Below are positions 26,434 through 32,611 of a stretch of DNA of 32,611 nucleotides, piece by piece. The notes under the pieces were generated by a model. It saw nothing but the letters and a program-made list of their open reading frames with translations. It made no database searches and was not told the origin of the DNA. The DNA lies in contig JBGPIW010000001.1 of NCBI GenBank assembly GCA_041485045.1, positions 1-32,611 of the forward strand, given 5' to 3'. A program made the translations under genes and the position numbers. This stretch comes from Gemmatimonadota bacterium (GTDB lineage: Bacteria; Gemmatimonadota; Gemmatimonadetes; Gemmatimonadales; GWC2-71-9). Positions within the stretch are counted from its first letter, which is position 1; the number at the start of each line of letters is the position of its first letter.

Positions 26434-26466
26434 GCAAAAGAAGGGGGCGGACTAGCCCGCCCCCTT
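26434..26466 (-). terminator. Rho-independent terminator downstream of the ABM-fold gene
   Basis: The 10-bp GC stem AAGGGGGCGG / CCGCCCCCTT (26441-26450 / 26457-26466) has a 6-nt loop. On the minus strand it is followed by CTTTTG. Confidence 0.55.
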
Positions 26467-26531
26467 CTCCGAACCGACCGGTCGGCCTAGAACAGACCGG
26501 AGCTACGAGCGGCCGAACAGACCGGTCAGCC

Positions 26532-26846
26532 TTAGTTCCTTGCGGCGATCTTGTGGAAGGTCGAGTTCGAAACCTCGTAGGCCTCAACCTTCGGCGTTCC
26601 CTCAACCACCTTCGTCAGGCTCTTCAGCACCTGCGGATAGATGTCGCGGCTATAGGTGTCCGCGTTCTCTTTGCTATCCCACAGACTGATCGCTACCGCT
26701 TCGGCGCGGTCCGGGGCGACAAACGAAATCTCGTCCCTGAATCCGTTCTGTTTCCGAAGCAGGGGCAGGACGTCCTTCTCCAGCGTCTGGGTAAACTCAC
26801 CGGCCGTGTTGGCCTTCAGATGCAGGGACACATTGCGTGCGTACAT
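26532..26846 (-). CDS. ABM-fold (antibiotic-biosynthesis-monooxygenase-like, dimeric alpha+beta barrel) protein
   Basis: 104-aa ORF with AAGGAGG 6 nt upstream of the ATG. The pattern MYARNVSLHLK...FVAPDRAEAVAISLWDSKENADTY is typical of ABM/Dabb small proteins. Confidence 0.6.
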   Translation of the reverse strand: MYARNVSLHLKANTAGEFTQTLEKDVLPLLRKQNGFRDEISFVAPDRAEAVAISLWDSKENADTYSRDIYPQVLKSLTKVVEGTPKVEAYEVSNSTFHKIAARN

Positions 26847-26924
26847 AGCGACCTCCTTGGTGGTGGCTCAACTCAACTATGGACTTCAGTTAACTACTGT
26901 AGTTGACACTTCCTCAACTTCTTC

Positions 26925-26955
26925 AACATATGCTAGTGTACTGTACTTGTCAAGT
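26925..26955 (-). promoter_or_regulatory. Strong sigma-70-type promoter of the ABM gene (ACTTGACAAGT ... TATGTT)
   Basis: On the minus strand the -35 TTGACA lies at 26953-26948, followed by a 17-nt spacer and the -10 TATGTT at 26930-25. The -35 is embedded in the palindrome ACTTGACAAGT (26955-26945). From the start of CTTGACA through the end of the -10 hexamer, 24 of 30 nt are identical to the groES promoter. Confidence 0.55.
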
Positions 26956-27238
26956 ATATCCGGCAAACTGCCGTATCGTTCTCGGGCGATTAACTTTCTA
27001 TGGTTAAAGAGCAAAGTCGCCCCTATCAGGAATCGTAAGGTAGACGAGGCTACCGTGCCCTGCGCCGCGTTCGCAGCCGGCTGGTCATCCTCCGCGCCGA
27101 GGCGCTGGTCCGATGAGCAACATCTATGGCTGGCCCGACGAGCTGGTGGCGACCATCAGGCGATAGGGGTGGGGATGCACCTTTCACCGCTGCGCAGCCT
27201 ACTCGCTGTCCGTTAGACGGCGCCTCAACCTCCCATCC

Positions 27239-27360
27239 ATGCCCGACCTTCTCGAACGTTTACAGAGCTGGTATCACCTCATGGTGACGGCGACTGGGAG
27301 CACGACGCCAGCGTAACCATCGAGACACTAACCACCTTCTTGGAATGGGCAGAGAAGTAG
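27239..27360 (+). pseudogene. Frameshifted and truncated remnant of an Imm53-like immunity protein gene
   Basis: The ATG at 27239 gives MPDLLERLQSWYHLMV..., stopping at 27316. A shift of one nucleotide near 27280 gives GDGDWEHDASVTIETL..., stopping at 27360. Joined, this reads LxRLQxWY....GDGDWEH...V.IETL, the N-terminal signature I recall for Imm53 proteins. The downstream DNPGW part is missing. Confidence 0.45.
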
Positions 27361-27553
27361 GGCCGGGGTCAAAACGCGCGTCGTCGAACAAGCGCGTGAG
27401 CTGGCGGCGCATAGATTAGGGAATGGATTGATCTTTCCGCGCGGCGCAGCTCAAGCGCCGTCCGTTAGGCATCCGCATCCACGATGCCTCTCTCGGCGGC
27501 GGCCAGGGAACGCGCGGTGATCGTCGAAGCATTCCCGGTCTGCGGAGGGCGTT

Positions 27554-28390
27554 ATGGGTGACGTGCTGCTGGCCATCCTCGCCGGCGTCGGCCTCTACCT
27601 CTTCTCCGGCCTGCGGGTGCTGCGCGAGTACGAGCGCGCGGTCTACTTTTTCCTCGGCCGCTCGTGGGGTTCCAAGGGGCCGGGGCTGATCTATCTGCCG
27701 ACGCTGTTCGCGCAGATGCAGAAGGTCAGCCTGCGCGTGATGGCGGTCGACATCCCGCCGCAAGACGTGATCACCCGGGACAACATTTCGATCAAGGTGA
27801 ACGCCGTCCTCTACATGCGGGTGCAGGATCCGGTGAAGGCGGTGCTCGGCGTGGAGAACTACCTCTACGCCACGAGTCAGCTCGCCCAGACCACGCTGCG
27901 ATCGATGCTGGGCGAGACGGAACTCGACGAGCTGCTTGCCAACCGCGAGAAGATCAACGCCATCCTGAGGCAGATCATTGACCAACGCACCGCGGACTGG
28001 GGGATCGAGGTCTCGGCGGTCGAAGTGAAGGACGTGGACCTGCCCCCCGAAATGAAGCGCGCCATGGCGCGCCAGGCGGAGGCCGAGCGCGAGCGGCGCG
28101 CCAAGATCATCAACGCCGAAGGCGAGTTCCAGGCGTCGGAGAAGCTGGCGCTGGCGGCCGCCGTGATCGGCCGCGAGCCGGCGGCGATCCAGCTGCGCTA
28201 CCTCCAGACCGTGACCGAGATCGCCTCCGAGAACAACTCGACCACGATTTTCCCGATTCCGATCGACCTCTTCAAGGGCCTGCTCGACGCCGTCGGCCGG
28301 CGGGGCGACAGCACCGTGCCCGCCCTGCCGGTGCGAGGGTCGGGCGAGGCGCTGCCCCCGGTCCCCGACAAGGACAAGGTGCCGGCGTAG
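27554..28390 (+). CDS. SPFH/band-7 (stomatin/slipin-like) membrane protein
   Basis: GGAGGG lies 4 nt upstream of the ATG. An N-terminal TM helix is followed by the blocks [44 protein letters not shown] and a coiled-coil [13 protein letters not shown]. Confidence 0.85.
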   Translation: MGDVLLAILAGVGLYLFSGLRVLREYERAVYFFLGRSWGSKGPGLIYLPTLFAQMQKVSLRVMAVDIPPQDVITRDNISIKVNAVLYMRVQDPVKAVLGVENYLYATSQLAQTTLRSMLGETELDELLANREKINAILRQIIDQRTADWGIEVSAVEVKDVDLPPEMKRAMARQAEAERERRAKIINAEGEFQASEKLALAAAVIGREPAAIQLRYLQTVTEIASENNSTTIFPIPIDLFKGLLDAVGRRGDSTVPALPVRGSGEALPPVPDKDKVPA

Positions 28391-28425
28391 ACATGGCGGG
28401 CGAGCTGATCAGCTAGGAAGCGCTC

Positions 28426-28456
28426 GGCCGGATCATCCCGGCCGCCCGCCGGGCGG
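28426..28456 (+). terminator. Possible terminator (two overlapping GC hairpins) after the SPFH gene
   Basis: The hairpins are GGCCGG-atcatc-CCGGCC (28426-28443) and CCGCCC-gcc-GGGCGG (28442-28456). They are followed by TTATCAATTCAATT. The T-tract is imperfect. Confidence 0.35.
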
Positions 28457-28589
28457 TTATCAATTCAATTCGGGTTAGACTGAATCGATAGACCGCGCAG
28501 AGAGCGCCGGAAATGGTGCCGCCTATCTCGGGATGCAGCAGGCCGCGACTAAAGCGCGTTCCGTGAGGCTGACCGGGGCACTACGCAGT

Positions 28590-28835
28590 TCAATTTTCTG
28601 GCGGGTGAATCCAGATGGGGCCGGCCCGGACCTCAGTACTTCGGTCGAGACGCAGGGAGTGCTGGCGGAGGAAGGCCAGAAGCGCCTGCACTGCGGTCTC
28701 GCTGGCAAGCTCGGGATGGCCAAAAACGGCGACCTCGATAGTCGATCCGGCTGGCACTTTGCCGTCGAGGATGCCCTGCTTCAGCTCCGGGATGGAGCGG
28801 TAATCACTCGGTGTTCTACTCCGGCTAGGAGTCAT
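28590..28835 (-). CDS. Hypothetical small protein (81 aa), last gene of the BON operon
   Basis: Track ORF 28590..28856. ATG at 28835 is preferred, since AGGGGA lies about 12 nt upstream. GC3 bias is consistent with coding from DYRSIPELK onward. I recognise no family. Confidence 0.4.
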   Translation of the reverse strand: MTPSRSRTPSDYRSIPELKQGILDGKVPAGSTIEVAVFGHPELASETAVQALLAFLRQHSLRLDRSTEVRAGPIWIHPPEN

Positions 28836-28931
28836 GGCCCAAGACATTCCCCTCACCCGCTCCGAAGCTTCATGTCATGCTCGGCGGAGTCGTGGTGCGA
28901 GGTCTTCGTCCCCGTTGGCTCCCTGAGCGCC

Positions 28932-29360
28932 TCACCCGATGTGGCCGCGTCCTCGCTGGGCGATGAGTTGCTCCAAGTGTCCCCAGATCTCGGGCCTGAT
29001 GCTGTCCGCCAGCTCCTCGTTCTTCTCACCGAGCATCACGGCGATTGCGCTCGTGTCGAGGCCGGCGATGCGGCACTCCTCGATCACGCCGGTGAAGTGA
29101 ATCCGGGCCTCCCGGATCATCGGACCGAACAGCCTCGCCCCGTCGCCGCGTACTCCCAGCGCCAGGGCGAGCAGATAGAGGTCTCGGGCGCCGTCAAGGC
29201 GGTCCGCAAGGTATTCCCGGGCCCCGTGTGACCCCTCCTGTGGGTGCGGGCGCACTGGGTCGCCGTGATAGTGCTCGTGCCGAGCCAAGGGGTTCGAGCC
29301 CTTCTTGTAGACCTTCTTCGTGCCACGATGGTCCTTGCTCTTCCCCTTGTCTCGAGCCAT
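28932..29360 (-). CDS. Hypothetical protein (142 aa) with a basic/His-rich N-terminus
   Basis: ATG at 29360 has GGGGGA 5 nt upstream. The N-terminus is MARDKGKSKDHRGTKKVYKKGSNPLARHEHYHGD, followed by a helical body. GC3 is high. I recognise no family. Confidence 0.5.
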   Translation of the reverse strand: MARDKGKSKDHRGTKKVYKKGSNPLARHEHYHGDPVRPHPQEGSHGAREYLADRLDGARDLYLLALALGVRGDGARLFGPMIREARIHFTGVIEECRIAGLDTSAIAVMLGEKNEELADSIRPEIWGHLEQLIAQRGRGHIG

Positions 29361-29415
29361 TGCCGTCCCCCGTCTCACGATGGGGCTGCGATGGGCCCCG
29401 TCCTTTGCAGCAGCG

Positions 29416-30084
29416 CTACGCCGCGTAGGTCAGGGCGTCCTGAACCTTTCGGACGCCCGGGGTGGCCCAGGCCGCCCGCATCACCTCTTCGCGCTCTGCC
29501 CATGAGTGGATCGTGCCACGGAGCGTGACGCCGCCACCTTCCGCAGTGTCCACCGTGATTCGCTGGGCATCAGTCTCCGCACTCCGCGTGAGCGCTGCCT
29601 TGATGTGTTGCTTCACATCGATCGATCTCCCCGAGGAGGGAGTGACGGCGATCTGATTGGTGACTCCTTTGACCCCGACGAGGTAGCGAACGGCCCCATC
29701 CGCGGCCGCACGTTGATACTGCCAATCCACTGTGCCTTCGAGGGTGATCCATCCGTCGCGAACCGAGGTCTTGATAGTGCGTTCGGGCACCTCGACGTCC
29801 CAGCGCAGCGCGTCGGCCACAGCCTTCGCGAGGTCTGCGTCGCTGCGGGCGTGCAGGTCGGGCAGGGACACATCCATGTGTTCCACGACAACGTTGACGC
29901 CGCTCACGCGTTCCGCGTCATGGTAGGCCGCGAGCTTCGCGGCATACGTCGGCGCGGATCCACTCAGCGTGACCACCCCGCCTTTCGCCGAGACGGCGAT
30001 TGCCTTCACGTCCACTCTCGGATCGAACGCCAATTCGTCCCTGACGTCCCGCTCCAGGTCCTTATCGCTTTTGGGCTGCCACAT
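29416..30084 (-). CDS. BON-domain (OsmY-like) protein with three BON repeats
   Basis: ATG at 30084 has AAGGAG 7 nt upstream. Three repeats of the BON pattern are present (D.eL...V...L..d..v....i.V....G.VtL.G.V): IAVSAKGGVVTLSGSAP, IKTSVRDGWITLEGTVD and ITVDTAEGGGVTLRGTIHS. Confidence 0.8.
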   Translation of the reverse strand: MWQPKSDKDLERDVRDELAFDPRVDVKAIAVSAKGGVVTLSGSAPTYAAKLAAYHDAERVSGVNVVVEHMDVSLPDLHARSDADLAKAVADALRWDVEVPERTIKTSVRDGWITLEGTVDWQYQRAAADGAVRYLVGVKGVTNQIAVTPSSGRSIDVKQHIKAALTRSAETDAQRITVDTAEGGGVTLRGTIHSWAEREEVMRAAWATPGVRKVQDALTYAA

Positions 30085-30557
30085 ACCCCAGCTCCTTTCC
30101 GCAGGCCTGCACACCGAGATCCTCATGAATCGGAACCCTCGCGTGCTCCTAACAATTAGAACTCAGCGGGGATGAAAAAAACAGTAACCCGGGATGAGAG
30201 ATCGGCGGTCGCATAAGATGCAAGAAACCGGGTGTAGTTGGGCCGACAACTGTCGTGCGGCAAACAAGCAGGAAAAATCGCCTAAGATCTGGCCCCAGAC
30301 TGGCAACTCGCGGTGGATATCCCATAACCCGTCAATCCAGCACCGGACGTCCGATTAATGCTCCGCGACCCGGGAGACGATGCTCTACTCGCCTGAGCAG
30401 ATCTCTATGGTGACGCTGTCCCCTTCGTAGAACCTCCTCATCGCCGCCGATCAAGAGCCAGCGGGCAACGATCACCGGGCCCAGGAACCCGAGCCGTGCG
30501 CCGGTCCATGTCGTCCTTGCCTCCTGCAGCGAGAGAGCCTCGCGCAACCTCACGAGC

Positions 30558-31463
30558 CTACGGCGTGCTGAAATGCAGCGGGTCCCGCAAGCTCTGCAGC
30601 TCCCGGTAGTAGTAGAGGGCCGTGGGCCGCTTGTGCCTGAACTTCAGCTGCTTGAGGAGCTCGACTTCCTCCGGGGTCGCGGTGCCGCTGAGGGAAGGAT
30701 TCTGAAGGAATTCCTGGAGCCCCGGCTCTTCGCTGACGGGCTGTTCGGTTTCCCGCTCGACAAACTCGAATCGCTTCGCCTGCCCTGGGACGACGCTGTG
30801 GTTCAAGACAACCTCCAGACCGAACGTCGCGAGGTCAATGTCCCAGGATTCAATCAGCGGATCTAAGAACGAGACGCAGTTCTCAGCGGACACGTGAAAG
30901 ATGTCCGTATCGAGGAACTCGAGCACGATGACCCGCATCTCCTCATAGCTGCGACCGCTGAGTTGGGCCACCATGCGGAGCCAGTAGTCATTCCCGAGTT
31001 CGTCTTTCGCCACGCGCTTGACCACGTTCAGCAGCGTACGGGTGACGAGGCGTTCGAGCTCGCCGAAGGGCTGCTTTTCAAAAATCGCGCGGATGTGTTT
31101 TTCCTTCTCACGATTGGACTTGCGCAGGATCAACTCACGAAATTCGTGATACAGGGGTACGGGTGCCTCCCCCAATTCCCGCTTTAATTCTTCCTTGCGC
31201 TGGAGATCCGCCAGTTTGGCCAGTTCCCCGCTCGGAAGCTTCAAGAACTTGTCCATGCGGCCATAGATGTCGGTGCGGCTAGGCGCGGGAGGCGCCTTTT
31301 TCCGCGTCAGTAACTGAGAGATGTAGGAGTCGGTCACGCGGGCGGCGCGGGCGAGATCCTGCTGCTCCAACCCCAATTCCTCCAGCCGGTGCCGGATCAC
31401 CAATGGGACGTCCACGGGGTTCCTCCTGGGCCGAGTTGACTCCTTGACCATACCGTTAATCAT
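30558..31463 (-). CDS. XRE-family helix-turn-helix regulator with an uncharacterised ~220-aa C-terminal domain
   Basis: The N-terminal HTH is IRHRLEELGLEQQDLARAARVTDSYISQLLTRKK. The remainder matches no family I recognise. The gene is visibly AT-richer than the neighbourhood. It is encoded divergently from groES. Confidence 0.7.
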   Translation of the reverse strand: MINGMVKESTRPRRNPVDVPLVIRHRLEELGLEQQDLARAARVTDSYISQLLTRKKAPPAPSRTDIYGRMDKFLKLPSGELAKLADLQRKEELKRELGEAPVPLYHEFRELILRKSNREKEKHIRAIFEKQPFGELERLVTRTLLNVVKRVAKDELGNDYWLRMVAQLSGRSYEEMRVIVLEFLDTDIFHVSAENCVSFLDPLIESWDIDLATFGLEVVLNHSVVPGQAKRFEFVERETEQPVSEEPGLQEFLQNPSLSGTATPEEVELLKQLKFRHKRPTALYYYRELQSLRDPLHFSTP

Positions 31464-31487
31464 TTAACCGTACTATGTTAATCATTT
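31455..31487. repeat. Two exact 11-bp direct repeats GTTAATCATTT spaced 22 bp apart at the XRE gene start
   Basis: Read directly from the sequence: gttaatcattt at 31455-31465 covers the ATG, and the second copy at 31477-31487 overlaps the putative -10. The first copy forms the inverted repeat GTTAA-tcat-TTAAC with the following bases. Confidence 0.7.
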
Positions 31488-31503
31488 GTGGCAAAACTTG
31501 CAA
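31475..31503 (-). promoter_or_regulatory. Putative promoter of the XRE regulator gene (TTGCAA-17-TAACAT), short or no leader
   Basis: On the minus strand the -35 TTGCAA lies at 31503-31498, followed by a 17-nt spacer and the -10 TAACAT at 31480-31475. The ATG lies 11 nt downstream of the -10. Confidence 0.4.
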
Positions 31504-31515
31504 GGTGAATGGTTC

Positions 31516-31578
31516 ACTTGACAAGTCAAGTACACCAATATATGCTCACCAATCAGCAAACTGCTAATAGTTAACTGA
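31516..31578 (+). promoter_or_regulatory. groES-groEL promoter (ACTTGACAAGT ... TATGCT) plus a conserved downstream TAGTTAACTGA box
   Basis: The -35 TTGACA lies at 31518-31523 inside the palindrome ACTTGACAAGT (31516-31526). A 17-nt spacer precedes the -10 TATGCT at 31541-31546. The box TAGTTAACTGA at 31568-31578 contains the 8-bp palindrome AGTTAACT. Confidence 0.55.
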
Positions 31579-31632
31579 GATCCGCCGTTAAGTCACTTGT
31601 GCGGTTTTCCTTCAGTGTGGAGGCGGAGCATC

Positions 31633-31941
31633 ATGGTCACTGCGACGAAGAGCAGACTGAAGATCTTCCCGCTCGCCGATCGGGTAGCCATCCGGCCGAC
31701 GGAAGAGACCGAGGAGATGAAGGGTGGTCTCTACATCCCGGACACGGCCAAGGAGAAGCCGATCCAGGGTGAGGTCATCGCCGTCGGGCCCGGCCGGATG
31801 GAAAAGGGGCAGCGGGTCCCGATGGAGCTGAAGGGGGGGGACCGGGTTGTCTACGGGAAGTACGCCGGCTCGCAAGTCGAGCTGGGAGACGAAGAGATCA
31901 TCCTGATCAAAGAAGCCGACGTCATCGCCAAGCTCAGCTGA
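31633..31941 (+). CDS. groES: Co-chaperonin GroES
   Basis: ATG at 31633 has GGAGG about 10 nt upstream. Typical GroES sequence is present: [45 protein letters not shown]. The track ORF start at 31597 is rejected. Confidence 0.9.
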   Translation: MVTATKSRLKIFPLADRVAIRPTEETEEMKGGLYIPDTAKEKPIQGEVIAVGPGRMEKGQRVPMELKGGDRVVYGKYAGSQVELGDEEIILIKEADVIAKLS

Positions 31942-31957
31942 GCGGAGAGAGGAATAG

Positions 31958-32611
<654 letters not shown>

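Noticed and set aside
26310-26906. 198-aa plus-strand ORF, with 26318..26605 (-) and 26656..27216 (+)
   Set aside because: They overlap the ABM gene and its terminator and promoter. They have no RBS and implausible translations. The 26656..27216 ORF crosses an AT-rich promoter region.
27186-27470. Degenerate ~30-bp direct repeat (…GCGCAGC…CGC.GTCCGTTAG) flanking the Imm53 relic, considered as possible mobile-element ends or att sites
   Set aside because: Only about two-thirds of positions match. The copies are direct rather than inverted, and no transposase or integrase is associated. It is mentioned only as context for the relic.
27416-27985. 189-aa minus-strand ORF
   Set aside because: It is antisense to the clearly identifiable SPFH/band-7 gene.
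28533-29231. 232-aa plus-strand ORF spanning the region of the two small minus-strand genes
   Set aside because: It has no RBS, a composition unlike real proteins, and poorer third-position GC bias than the minus-strand frames. It would also run head-on through two genes that have SD-like sequences.
30332-30553. 73-aa GTG-initiated ORF just downstream of the XRE regulator gene
   Set aside because: It has no SD and an Arg/Gly/Leu-rich sequence with no recognisable family, and other frames here contain similar short fragments. It may be a decayed gene remnant, so I did not call it as a CDS.
31464-31632. Search for CIRCE (TTAGCACTC-N9-GAGTGCTAA) or HAIR (CTTGAGT-N7-ACTCAAG) upstream of groES
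   Set aside because: Neither element, nor a close variant, is present in the groES upstream region. The palindromes actually present are different (ACTTGACAAGT, AGTTAACT).

Overview
High-GC bacterial chromosomal segment. Gene content looks like a Gemmatimonadota or Acidobacteriota-type soil bacterium, but this is inference only. About 30 genes are supportable. From 5' to 3':

- **1-8.1 kb:** a cutC 3' fragment, followed by a secreted glycan/phosphate scavenging set. This comprises an EXORDIUM/Phi_1-like lipoprotein, a Tat-signal GH29 fucosidase, a beta-propeller-phosphoesterase fusion, and a sugar-1-P nucleotidyltransferase plus APH-fold sugar kinase pair.
- **8.2-12.2 kb:** small unknown genes, an Smr protein, a YncE-like propeller, an ECF sigma / anti-sigma / Spy-like envelope-stress module, and an RHH + nucleotidyltransferase-fold (TA-like) pair.
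- **12.27-21.6 kb, minus strand:** a nine-gene, translationally coupled arginine operon in the order argG-X-argC-argD-argF'-argB-M20 deacylase-argH-argR. It has an ARG-box-like palindrome in an apparently leaderless promoter.
- **21.7-25.95 kb:** a paralogue of the earlier small unknown gene, an SSF transporter and a GH20 hexosaminidase.
- **25.95-31.6 kb:** a compositionally atypical, AT-richer, gene-poor stretch. It holds decayed gene fragments, an ABM-fold protein, an SPFH protein, a BON-domain stress operon and an XRE-type regulator encoded divergently from groES-groEL. groEL runs off the 3' edge.

Most interesting observations:
1. Gene X is an uncharacterised P-loop-like protein embedded in an arginine operon that lacks any argA/argJ. 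The ArgF' enzyme carries Val rather than Glu at the acyl-specificity position.
2. The groES and ABM genes share a near-identical promoter/operator architecture, next to an orphan XRE regulator. No CIRCE or HAIR element is visible.

No rRNA, convincing tRNA, CRISPR array or intact mobile element was seen.
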